A stretch of DNA of 32,000 nt, taken from Candidatus Lokiarchaeum ossiferum. Lineage in GTDB: Archaea; Asgardarchaeota; Lokiarchaeia; Sigyniarchaeales; Promethearchaeaceae. The notes beneath the pieces are model-generated. The model worked only from the letters and a program-made list of their open reading frames with translations, did no database searches and had not been told where the DNA came from. Shown here in pieces: positions 16,829 through 25,647 of the stretch (positions are counted from its first letter, which is position 1; each line of letters begins with the position of its first letter). The stretch is from NCBI GenBank assembly GCA_025839675.1, contig CP104013.1, forward strand, positions 930,001 through 962,000, given 5' to 3'. The position numbers and the translations under genes are program-made.

Positions 16829-17038
16829 TCAAGAACATAACTTAGCATGTGATTTATAACATTTTGGACAATAAATTCCATTGCATACTTTACATTGCTT
16901 TGAACACGGATCGCAAACCATTTTTCCACATTCCTTACATTCGAAAGCACAACTTTCACAAACAAATGATTTACATTTTTTGCACTTCACATATTCTTCA
17001 AGGGATTCATTGCAAACGTTACATACTCCAGGACTCAT
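16829..17038 (-). CDS. cysteine-rich zinc-binding mini-protein (7 x CxxC in 69 aa)
   Basis: ATG start. The motifs are CNVC, CKKC, CESC, CKEC, CDPC, CKVC and CPKC, plus a terminal H-x2-C: 15 Cys and 1 His. The regular short spacings are incompatible with chance in AT-rich DNA. Confidence 0.65.
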   Translation of the reverse strand: MSPGVCNVCNESLEEYVKCKKCKSFVCESCAFECKECGKMVCDPCSKQCKVCNGIYCPKCYKSHAKLCS

Positions 17039-17191
17039 AAATGACCATATTTGAGATTATTTTTAAAGTTGAATATCAAGTTCTCAATAAAAATATAGAA
17101 ACAGATCAAAATTTGGCATCAGCGGTAAGAAAAATATGAAAAAACAAACCATCTTCACAATAAAAAAAATCTTAAATAGAAATTTCCTTTT

Positions 17192-18151
17192 TTAACCCCA
17201 CAAACCTTCTTTGAGTTTAGATAATTTCTGATCCATATCCTCAAGTTCTTTCCGACCTTCTTCATCCAGTATTTTTTGCCTTGGAATTAAAGATTTCAAC
17301 GATTCTGATAATAAAGCATCATCTTTCCACATTGAAGTATGAGACCGGGCAATAAATTCATTGCGATGAAAAATCATTTCAACTAACTCTTGGGTAAGCC
17401 ATGGTTGTTTATTCTTTTCTTTGGATAGTTGCTTATAAATTACTTTCGGAGCCTTTGGCATTAAATCTGCAACTAAATCACCGTATCGTTCGAGATGTTT
17501 AACCGCGTTGTTAAAAAGGATATAATTTTCAAGTAATTTCCTATCCATCAAAAATGATACACTTTCAGATTCGAACAGTGATACTGGACTATGCAGTAAT
17601 AATCCATGAGTTACGTTCAAGATGCAATAATTATCAAAATTACCATCTTTAATAAGTTCATCATATTCACTCATTGAATAAATTAAAATCTTCTCTGCAA
17701 GTATTGGATGAACAGACGCAAATAGAGAATATAACAACTGAAATCGATCACTTTCCGGCTCATTCTCAATAAAAATTATGGGATACCGCATAAAACAACT
17801 TTCAAAGAAGTGTAAAAGATCATGTTTTGAAAAAGAATCCAAAATAAACTCAATATTTGTACGACCGAAATAATTCCGATATTTTGAGAGAGCCTTAGTT
17901 TTAATTTGCTCAATTTTCGCGGTCATCGACATAATATTATACTCAAATTGGAGATATCCTCTTACTGCCCCATTTTTATCGATATAAGAGTGAATTTTAT
18001 GTTCGCAAATGACATTTTCAGGTATCATCACTGGTGTAGTTCCAGTTGTGCTTTTTGCAAAAATATCTACAGGAACTTGAACATATTTAGATTTCCGACA
18101 CACTGGACAAATAAAAATTATATTTTTTGTTTTCGCCAATAATTTCACCAA
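17192..18151 (-). CDS. hypothetical protein with N-terminal zinc-ribbon-like motif
   Basis: 319-aa ORF with balanced composition. The N-terminus has CPVCRK...x25...CEHKIH. The central alpha/beta-like segment is LLHFFESCFMRYPIIFIENEPESDRFQLLYSLFASVHP. The only start before the zinc motif is TTG 18151 or GTG 18148. Confidence 0.7.
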   Translation of the reverse strand: MVKLLAKTKNIIFICPVCRKSKYVQVPVDIFAKSTTGTTPVMIPENVICEHKIHSYIDKNGAVRGYLQFEYNIMSMTAKIEQIKTKALSKYRNYFGRTNIEFILDSFSKHDLLHFFESCFMRYPIIFIENEPESDRFQLLYSLFASVHPILAEKILIYSMSEYDELIKDGNFDNYCILNVTHGLLLHSPVSLFESESVSFLMDRKLLENYILFNNAVKHLERYGDLVADLMPKAPKVIYKQLSKEKNKQPWLTQELVEMIFHRNEFIARSHTSMWKDDALLSESLKSLIPRQKILDEEGRKELEDMDQKLSKLKEGLWG

Positions 18152-18402
18152 AACTAATTATTATTTGATTTGTTTTTCTTATAAATAGATCTAATCGAAT
18201 TTCACTATCAAATTATATGAGTTAATGGGAATGATAGAAATAATAGACAAACCAATTAGAAAATCTTTGAAAATTACCTACAGAAATTAAAATAAAAGTA
18301 CCGCCCGAACTATGGATCTATAATGAACCGTCTAATTTTTTCTTTATTTGTAAAAGAAAATAGTTTAATTCTGTAAAATTCAACTACTTTTTGGAGATAA
18401 AA

Positions 18403-19587
18403 ATGTTTGCTTTCAAAATTGCTCGAAGATTTCTAACTTCGAATAAATCCCAAACTTTCTTCATTATTTTAGGAATAGCGATAGGTGTGTCTGTACAAGT
18501 TTTTGTTGGGAGCTTGATTCAAGGATTACAGGTAGGACTGGTTAATAGAACAGTTGGAGCTCAGCCCCAAATAGTAATTACATCAGAAGCAGAAAATGGC
18601 TTAATTTCGGATTGGGAAACAATTAGCCAAACATCGATCCAGAATATTGATGGAATTAATCGGATAATTACGGCTGTAGATTCAGGCGCATTCATCATGG
18701 GAATAAATTCTGAATCCATAGAAGAACCTACACCAATATTATTAAGAGGGTTCGATTTAGAATCTGCAGATGGTATTTATAATTATTATGATAAAACCAA
18801 TTTTGCAGGAAATAAACCGACAAAGGATAATGAGGTAATTATTGGAATAAATTTACAAGAAAATTTGGGAATTGAACAAGGACAAAATATCACAATTCAA
18901 GAGAATCCCAATCCAATTTTAGACAAATTCAATTTGACAGTTGTAGGATTTTTTGATTTGGGGGTGGCGAGTTTAAACGAACTGTGGATAATCACTCAAA
19001 ATACTACAGTTTCGCAAATTTTTGGATATGGAAATAATGTAACTTCAATAAATATTCAAATAGAAGACTTTTTTGAAGCGGATATAATTGCGGATGAAAT
19101 AGATGGTCTTATTGATAACTCAGATATAATCATAAGTAATTGGAAAGCCGAAAATCAGCAATTATTAGATGGTTTGAATGGACAAACAGCTTCGAGTATT
19201 ATGATCCAAGTATTTGTCATCGTTTCCGTAGTCATTGGGATTGGATCAGTTTTAGCAATTACTGTCCTCCAAAAATCAAAACAAATAGGTATACTAAAAG
19301 CAATGGGTGTTACTGATGGCACAGCAGCCCTTATATTTCTTTTTGAGGGTTTACTCCTTGGAATAGGAGGGGCAATTTTAGGAGTTTCTTTGGGTTTAGG
19401 ACTGGGATTTGCATTCACAACATTTGCACTAGACAGCACAGGAAAGCCGATTATAGATTTAGTGATTGATCCAAAATTCATGATATTATCAACATTTATT
19501 GCCATTATTGCATCGATGGTATCTGCTTTAATACCAGCTAAGAAATCTACAAGTTTAAGTATAATTGAGGTGATTCGTAATGGCTAA
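18403..19587 (+). CDS. ABC transporter permease, FtsX/MacB/LolC-E family
   Basis: The N-terminus MFAFKIARRFLTSNKSQTF plus TM1, a roughly 220-aa extracytoplasmic domain and three C-terminal TM segments (FtsX topology) are present. GGAG lies 8-11 nt upstream of ATG 18403; the track start at TTG 18391 is less likely. Confidence 0.9.
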   Translation: MFAFKIARRFLTSNKSQTFFIILGIAIGVSVQVFVGSLIQGLQVGLVNRTVGAQPQIVITSEAENGLISDWETISQTSIQNIDGINRIITAVDSGAFIMGINSESIEEPTPILLRGFDLESADGIYNYYDKTNFAGNKPTKDNEVIIGINLQENLGIEQGQNITIQENPNPILDKFNLTVVGFFDLGVASLNELWIITQNTTVSQIFGYGNNVTSINIQIEDFFEADIIADEIDGLIDNSDIIISNWKAENQQLLDGLNGQTASSIMIQVFVIVSVVIGIGSVLAITVLQKSKQIGILKAMGVTDGTAALIFLFEGLLLGIGGAILGVSLGLGLGFAFTTFALDSTGKPIIDLVIDPKFMILSTFIAIIASMVSALIPAKKSTSLSIIEVIRNG

Positions 19588-20272
19588 TTCAATAATTCAA
19601 TTAAATAAAATAAATAAAATATATGGGACCACGGTGAAGACTCAAGTATTACACGATATTGACCTTAAATTTGAACCAAATTCATTTAATAGCATTATCG
19701 GTCAATCTGGCAGTGGAAAATCAACATTATTAAACATCATTGGCACTTTGGATAAACCAACATCAGGCGAAGTATACATCAACCAGAAACGTACAGATAA
19801 GATGACAAAAAAAGGACTGGCAACTTTGAGAAATGCTGAAATAGGATTCATTTTCCAATTTCATTACTTACTTCCCGAATTCTCTGTGCTTGAAAATGTT
19901 TTAATGCCCTATTGGATTAAAAAAGAAAGAAAAGTACCTAGTGAAATCTTTGAACGAGCAAATTATCTTTTAGATTTTGTTGGACTAAAAGAGGTTAAAA
20001 ATAATAATGCTTATGCAATTTCAGGAGGACAACAACAAAGAACTGCAATAGCACGTGCACTTATAAACAACCCTAAGCTCATTTTGGCAGATGAACCCAC
20101 GGGCAATTTAGATTCAGACTCTACTGAGACAGTTTATGAACTATTAAGAAAACTGAACGAAGATTTCGGTACAACTTTCATTGTCATTACACATGATTCA
20201 CATGTTGCAGAAAGAACAGATAGAATAATTGAAATACTGGATGGGAGAATCAAAATGGATATTCGCACGTAA
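19580..20272 (+). CDS. ABC transporter ATP-binding protein, LolD/MacB type
   Basis: Walker A GQSGSGKST, Q-loop FQF, signature ISGGQQQR, Walker B LILADEPTGNLD and H-loop ITHD. It overlaps the permease gene by 8 nt. Confidence 0.9.
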   Translation: MANSIIQLNKINKIYGTTVKTQVLHDIDLKFEPNSFNSIIGQSGSGKSTLLNIIGTLDKPTSGEVYINQKRTDKMTKKGLATLRNAEIGFIFQFHYLLPEFSVLENVLMPYWIKKERKVPSEIFERANYLLDFVGLKEVKNNNAYAISGGQQQRTAIARALINNPKLILADEPTGNLDSDSTETVYELLRKLNEDFGTTFIVITHDSHVAERTDRIIEILDGRIKMDIRT

Positions 20273-20299
20273 GTGAGAAAATCAAAAAAGGTGAATAAC

Positions 20300-21106
20300 A
20301 TGGAAAACACAAAAAATATTAAAGAAAAAATTGCCAATCTTTATGCAGACCAAAGATTTGGTGTATTTGCGACAGTATGGAAGAATCAATCTCATCAAAC
20401 TCTTGTTTGTTTTCAAGTCTCAGAAGATTTATCAACCATTATCTTTGGGACCCCAAAAAATAGTCGAAAATTTGTAAATTCACGAGTGCATGAAAAAGTT
20501 TCTTTCTTTGTTGATTCAGCAAATAATGATCCAAAAGATCTGTCTCAAGCAATGACGCTTTCGGCAGTGGGTCGTGCTTTCATAGGGGATCTTTTACCAA
20601 AAGAAAAGTTGGACTCACTTATTCAACGATTTTTAAAGAAACATCCATATCTGGAAAAGTTCATAACAAGCCCTAGCACCGATTTAGTGATTATTGAAAT
20701 AGATCATTATCAAGTAGTTGAAGATTTCCAGACTGTAATTGATTGGAAACCATCCCCTAGTGAAAAACCAATCCTTTATCGCCAAATAAAAGGAAATTCT
20801 GTAGTAAAAGGACTCTTCAGAGGGAAAATTGCGACGATTGCATCGGAAAAAGATTTAGAACAGCACTTAGAGGATAATGCAATTTTCCTCCAAAATGAAG
20901 CGTTAATTGAGCAAATTATCAAATATAAATTTAAGGGAGTGATTTGTGAATCCGATGTTTCAAGTAAATTATTGGAAGAATTTTGCAGTAATCAAAAAAT
21001 CCCCTTTGTGTCTAATCTAAACAATTTGAGCCAGAGTATTGAAGATAAGGATGAAATTACTATTGATGGATATTTAGGATTAATTATCATCCACAAAATC
21101 CGATAA
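20300..21106 (+). CDS. fusion protein: PNPOx-like (FMN-binding split-barrel) domain plus degenerate PEP-utilizer 'swivel'-like domain
   Basis: The N-terminal half has a general-stress-26/PNPOx-like pattern (FGVFATV...LVCFQVSEDLSTIIFGTPKNSRKFVNSRVHEKVSFFVD...). The C-terminal roughly 110 aa (GNSVVKGLFRGKIATIAS...GVICESDVSSKLLEEFCSNQKIPFVSNL...ITIDGYLGLI) resemble the PEP-utilizer mobile domain but lack the GG-x-TSH phospho-His motif. GGTGA lies about 10 nt upstream of ATG 20300; GTG 20273 is the alternative start. Confidence 0.65.
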   Translation: MENTKNIKEKIANLYADQRFGVFATVWKNQSHQTLVCFQVSEDLSTIIFGTPKNSRKFVNSRVHEKVSFFVDSANNDPKDLSQAMTLSAVGRAFIGDLLPKEKLDSLIQRFLKKHPYLEKFITSPSTDLVIIEIDHYQVVEDFQTVIDWKPSPSEKPILYRQIKGNSVVKGLFRGKIATIASEKDLEQHLEDNAIFLQNEALIEQIIKYKFKGVICESDVSSKLLEEFCSNQKIPFVSNLNNLSQSIEDKDEITIDGYLGLIIIHKIR

Positions 21107-21225
21107 CCGGATAATTTCTTTTTTTCTTATGGGTTTCTTTAGTTAACACCACACCTCAGTTAACTCAAACAAAAATGTCATTAAATAAAGCATTAAATAG
21201 TTCTTTTGAATTAATATGTCTATAG

Positions 21226-21789
21226 ATGAGCCATCAAACAAACCAAATTATCATAAATTTCACCTCTAATTTTCCTCATCTATTTGGTAACATGCAAAAA
21301 TACCTTCCGCTCATAAATCATCTGTTAAGTGAAGAAACTCAGAATAAATTTTATATTGAAACTACTTTGGATGGATTAGTTTACATATACCAAGATTTCA
21401 ATACCTTTTTCTTAATGAATAAACCCTATCCACCCGAAAAAATTAAAAAATTTACTGAAAATCATGAATTAGAACTTGATCCAAAGGTGCTTCCTAACAA
21501 TGTCATTAATCGAGACAATTTTCCTCCTAACGGGGTACATTTTCAATACAAAATCTTCGGAGAAAATAAAGAAAAAATTAGTGATATGATTTTTACTCAC
21601 TTCAAATCCTTTTTATACGATGACGTTTCAATAGTTAATAATCCAAATTATGATTTAACTTTGAAACTTCACAAATTCGAAAACATCGCTCTTTACAATC
21701 AAATGGTGTCCTCAATGTATTCGGGTATTCTGACAGAAGCAGGTCCCGAAATCACAAGAGGAGGAATTTCTAAAAAAATTAAAAATTGA
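21226..21789 (+). CDS. hypothetical protein (187 aa)
   Basis: ATG-initiated ORF with non-degenerate composition and no recognisable motif. Its 3' end overlaps the convergent uxaC 3' end by 11 nt. Confidence 0.5.
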   Translation: MSHQTNQIIINFTSNFPHLFGNMQKYLPLINHLLSEETQNKFYIETTLDGLVYIYQDFNTFFLMNKPYPPEKIKKFTENHELELDPKVLPNNVINRDNFPPNGVHFQYKIFGENKEKISDMIFTHFKSFLYDDVSIVNNPNYDLTLKLHKFENIALYNQMVSSMYSGILTEAGPEITRGGISKKIKN

Positions 21790-23185
21790 AGTAATTTTGA
21801 GCATTATAATAACAAACATCTTGAATCAATTTGCCCAACAGTTCAGGATCATAAGGAATTTCACCTTTGTCGACCCATTTTCCAATTAAGTTACAAAGAA
21901 TCCTTCGAAAGTACTCATGACGCGGATAAGAAAGAAAGCTCCGTGAATCCGTGAGCATCCCGACAAATTTTGATAATAATCCATGATTTGCTAGAGAAAT
22001 CAATTGATTTTCAATCCCTAGCTTTTGATCGTTAAACCACCAAGCACACCCCATCTGCATTTTCCCTACAACTTTACCGTCTTGAAAGCTTCCCAACATC
22101 GTAGCGATAACATCGTTATCTTTGGGATTGATGGAATATACAATGGTTTTTGGTAAAGAATTTGTTGATTCTAATGCATTTAGAAATTTGCACAAAGATA
22201 TTGCGATATTAAAATCCCCCATGGAATCATAGCCAGAATCAGGCCCTAATTCTTGGAACTTAAGTGAATTATTATTCCGTATAGCTCCAAAATGCAGCTG
22301 CATAACCCAGTTTTTTTCTGAATTCATTTTTCCAAATTCTATCATTAGACCAGTTTTCAACTGATCCTTTTGAAGAGTTGAGAGAGGAGAATGGCTTCGG
22401 ATTTGCAAAAAGGCATCTTCCAATTCATTTTTGCTAGAAAAAGTGGAATATGGATGTTCCAACCCATGATCCGAAAGCCGGCATCCGAGAGAATGAAAAA
22501 AATCATGTCGTTTACGAAGAGCACGAATATAAGTAGAAAAATCATTGATGGTTGATTTGGTAATTACTTCCAATTTGTCAACCCAGGAATTGAAATCTTC
22601 GATGTTATCAAAATTTAGAGCTTTATCTGGCCGAAATGCGGGGAAAATTTGAATTTGAAAGGTTTTATCCCTACGTAGCTTTTCATGAAATTCTAAGTTA
22701 TCTAAGGGATCATCGGTAGTACACACAATTTTAACGTTCATTCGTTCCAATAAACCACGAACACGGAAATGATCTTGTTTCAGAAGTTTTTCGGTTTGAT
22801 AATATATATCACGACCCGTTTTCTCATTGAGAATACGGTCTTTTATATTAAAATAACGCAATAGCTCCAAATGAGTCCAATGAAAAAGTGGATTACCTAA
22901 AGTCGCCGGAACCGTTTGAGCCCAAGCATAAAATTTATCGAAATCAGTACCATCTCCAGTAATCAATTTTTCAGGAATACCGTTGGCTCGCATCGCTCGC
23001 CATTTATAATGATCTCCATTGAGCCATAATTGTGTGAGATTTTGAAATTGGGTATTCTCAAAAATATCTTTAACAGAAAGATGACAATGATAATCAATAA
23101 TAGGTAAATTTTCGGCATATTCATGGTATAAAGTCTCGGCTATTGTCGAATTAAGCAAGAAATTTTGATCTAAGAATTTTTTCAT
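21779..23185 (-). CDS. uxaC: glucuronate (uronate) isomerase
   Basis: The N-terminus FLLNSTIAETLYHEYAENLPIIDYHCHLSVKDIFEN matches the hallmark UxaC motif (LYH...PIxDYHCHL). The length of 468 aa is typical, and conserved WW/HxGA-type blocks continue downstream (MQLHFGAIRNNN, GCAWWFND). Confidence 0.9.
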   Translation of the reverse strand: MKKFLDQNFLLNSTIAETLYHEYAENLPIIDYHCHLSVKDIFENTQFQNLTQLWLNGDHYKWRAMRANGIPEKLITGDGTDFDKFYAWAQTVPATLGNPLFHWTHLELLRYFNIKDRILNEKTGRDIYYQTEKLLKQDHFRVRGLLERMNVKIVCTTDDPLDNLEFHEKLRRDKTFQIQIFPAFRPDKALNFDNIEDFNSWVDKLEVITKSTINDFSTYIRALRKRHDFFHSLGCRLSDHGLEHPYSTFSSKNELEDAFLQIRSHSPLSTLQKDQLKTGLMIEFGKMNSEKNWVMQLHFGAIRNNNSLKFQELGPDSGYDSMGDFNIAISLCKFLNALESTNSLPKTIVYSINPKDNDVIATMLGSFQDGKVVGKMQMGCAWWFNDQKLGIENQLISLANHGLLSKFVGMLTDSRSFLSYPRHEYFRRILCNLIGKWVDKGEIPYDPELLGKLIQDVCYYNAQNYFNF

Positions 23186-24273
23186 TAGTTTATCACCGTT
23201 GAATTGTTTTGAATAAAAAGATCTATTTCGGATCGAGTAGGAGATTTGCCTGTCTTAACTTTTAAAGCAGCAACAATTCGGGCAAATTTTGCACATGCAA
23301 TCACATTTTTTATTAGAGTATCAAGATCAAGATGATTTAATTCTTCTTTAGAGGAAATGCGTGAATTAAACTCAACCAAAAAAGCCGCCGCAAAAGTATC
23401 CCCTGCTCCGGTTCGATTTCTTACTTTTATTGAGATAATGGGAATGTGAACAGGTTGCTTATTAGAAACACATATCCAAACACCTTTTTTTCCGAAAGTG
23501 TAGACTCGAATTTTGGCAAAATGCGAGATTTGGAGATCATTTCGGATTACTTGCTGGGAATTCATTGATATATCTGTTTGAGTTTGAGAAAATGAGCAAT
23601 CTTGTAATATAGTAGCAATATCTTGTAGATTCATAAATAGAATATCACAAGGGTGGTCATTAAGTAATTCTAACTGGGCTAAATTGTGTATTTTCTGAGT
23701 CTCAATAGTCACCGCTAGAATTTTATCATGTTTTGGAACCGCCAAATAGATTGGAGCAAATTTTGGAGCAAAAGGAGTGATGAAAACAATGTTATAGGGA
23801 TAAAATTTATGAGTTGGAAATTGAATATCGGTGAAATTCATCTCCTTTTTGCAATTCGAAGCGAGAAGAATTTTAGTTATGGATGGATCTTCAATAATTG
23901 TACTAATTGGAGTCGGCGAAGATTTAATGTAAATGTTAGAAGTGCCTATGCCTAATTCTTGAAGTTCTTGAAGCATCCATTGAGAATTTTCACCAACTAC
24001 AGACAACAAATCCACATTGGCACCCAAGTGAGCTAAAATTTCAGAGGAATTATTCCCATTCCCCCCTCTTTTTAGATAGGAATTCCCTTGAATCTTTTTA
24101 TTGGTGGAATTAACAATATGAAGGATTTTGGATTCAATTTCTTCTTCTGATATATAGGATTGTTGATTTTGAAATAAGTTTTGACTTAAAATCTTGGCCA
24201 AAGATGAATAAACATCAGCCCGATAGAAGAGATCAATATGCAATTCTCCCACTACAATGATTCGATTCTCCAT
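23185..24273 (-). CDS. PfkB-family sugar/sugar-acid kinase
   Basis: GG motif RGGNGNNSS and the C-terminal ATP/anion-hole motif NRTGAGDTFAAAF are present. The stop TAA shares one nt with the uxaC ATG (TAATG). ATG 24273 is preferred over the track's GTG 24282. Confidence 0.85.
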   Translation of the reverse strand: MENRIIVVGELHIDLFYRADVYSSLAKILSQNLFQNQQSYISEEEIESKILHIVNSTNKKIQGNSYLKRGGNGNNSSEILAHLGANVDLLSVVGENSQWMLQELQELGIGTSNIYIKSSPTPISTIIEDPSITKILLASNCKKEMNFTDIQFPTHKFYPYNIVFITPFAPKFAPIYLAVPKHDKILAVTIETQKIHNLAQLELLNDHPCDILFMNLQDIATILQDCSFSQTQTDISMNSQQVIRNDLQISHFAKIRVYTFGKKGVWICVSNKQPVHIPIISIKVRNRTGAGDTFAAAFLVEFNSRISSKEELNHLDLDTLIKNVIACAKFARIVAALKVKTGKSPTRSEIDLFIQNNSTVIN

Positions 24274-24308
24274 TAATGTCACTTAATTCAGTAGATTGGA
24301 TAAAAAAA

Positions 24309-25562
24309 TTAGAGGAGGGATAAATTACCTTCAATTGCGGCTTGAATTATCGGTCCAATTATTTCATCAACTTTTTCAATGGAAACAGGGTTTGGCATAG
24401 CTTGAAGTTTCATAGCATTTTGGGAAGCATCTTTTAATGCTTTTTGTTTATACGCAGCCTGCCAACCAGGCATTTCCGTCAATTTGGTTGGAAATCCCAT
24501 GGATTCATACCAATTCAAAATAGATGTGGCAATAGATACCCCAAGATCACCCTCAACAGGAAGATGCAACATTTGGGCAATTGGACGTAATTTTTCAGCC
24601 ACAACAGGATTTTTGGCATAATATGCCATATAATAGGGTAACATTATTCCTGTAGAATTACCGTGAGCAATTGTATCTGCCCAAGAAAACGAATTCATAT
24701 GCGGTCCCCCAGTACCTTTAAATTTCTCGCCGCCGATGACCGTTCCACCTAAAACTGATGCATAAGCCATCATTGTTCGAGCATTACTATCATTTGGATT
24801 TTCGACTGCAATTTTTAACCACTTAAAAATTAGTTCGATAGATAATAGAGCATATTCATTGATTGATTCATTTCCTGGATCTTGCACAAGATTTAGGTAT
24901 CCCTCCATACTATGAGTTAAAGCATCTAGACCGGCGGTTAAAGTTAGAGAAGCAGGACATGATTTTGTTATTTCAGGATCTATAATTGCATAATGTGGGT
25001 GAATAGCAATATCAGATATTAATTTTTTTAAGTGGAGGTTTTTGATGGTGACGTTGGAATATCGTGTTACTTCTGAAGAAGTTCCAGAAGTCGTTGGAAT
25101 ACAGATACAGGGAGAAATCCGCTCTAACTTAGGAGAAACAGCCCCAACTCCAAAATAGGGAGAAATATCTGTTTCGTTCAATCCCGTCAAAATAAGTGCA
25201 GCTTTTGCAGCATCCATTGCACTTCCTCCCCCTAACGCAATACAAACATCAAAATCATGTTGTAAATATAATTTTGCAATATCTTCCACGGTTTCTTTGG
25301 AAGGGTTTGGTTCCACACCTTCGAAAATAATTGCGCTTAAACCAGCATTATCCAAGGAAGTTAGTAAGGTATCTAAGGAACCATTTTTTTTTACGGATCC
25401 CCCTCCAATCACAATGAGAGCTTTTTTTCCAAATTCGGCAGCTCGCTTACCTACAGTTTTAAGTAAACCAGAGCCAAATTCAATTTTTGTTCGCGGCCAA
25501 TGTTCAAAGATGTCATTTGCCCTTTGAATAATTTCTAAATCTCGATCGGTTAATTCTTCCAT
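24309..25562 (-). CDS. iron-containing (group III) alcohol dehydrogenase
   Basis: Fe-ADH signatures are present: VIGGGSVKKNGS, ALGGGSAMDAAKA, a candidate metal-ligand region GLDALTHSMEGY and a His pair HMNSF...AHG. It ends 36 nt before the kinase ATG (26 nt before the alternative GTG 24282). Confidence 0.9.
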   Translation of the reverse strand: MEELTDRDLEIIQRANDIFEHWPRTKIEFGSGLLKTVGKRAAEFGKKALIVIGGGSVKKNGSLDTLLTSLDNAGLSAIIFEGVEPNPSKETVEDIAKLYLQHDFDVCIALGGGSAMDAAKAALILTGLNETDISPYFGVGAVSPKLERISPCICIPTTSGTSSEVTRYSNVTIKNLHLKKLISDIAIHPHYAIIDPEITKSCPASLTLTAGLDALTHSMEGYLNLVQDPGNESINEYALLSIELIFKWLKIAVENPNDSNARTMMAYASVLGGTVIGGEKFKGTGGPHMNSFSWADTIAHGNSTGIMLPYYMAYYAKNPVVAEKLRPIAQMLHLPVEGDLGVSIATSILNWYESMGFPTKLTEMPGWQAAYKQKALKDASQNAMKLQAMPNPVSIEKVDEIIGPIIQAAIEGNLSLL

Positions 25563-25647
25563 TTTTTCTTCATCTAAGTTAGGGTTTACTAGTTATTTTC
25601 TGTTCAATGGCTAAAAATGTATGGATGGATGTATGGAAAAAAAGAAA

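Noticed and set aside
16780-17040. Track ORFs 16780-16965(-) and 16849-17040(+), overlapping the Cys-rich gene
   Set aside because: The 7 x CxxC pattern in frame 16829-17038 is far too regular to be accidental. The overlapping frames show no such structure.
21779-21789. 11-nt overlap of the convergent 3' ends of 21226-21789(+) and uxaC(-), considered as a sign that one gene is spurious
   Set aside because: Short convergent 3' overlaps are common in compact genomes. uxaC is certain, and the 187-aa ORF has reasonable composition, so I kept it at moderate confidence rather than discarding it.
17906-25527. Track ORFs 17906-18142(+), 19155-19505(-), 20134-20337(-), 22357-22545(-), 23728-23955(+) and 25297-25527(+)
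   Set aside because: They are embedded in, or antisense to, well-supported genes: the zinc-ribbon protein, FtsX permease, LolD-like ATPase, uxaC, PfkB kinase and Fe-ADH.
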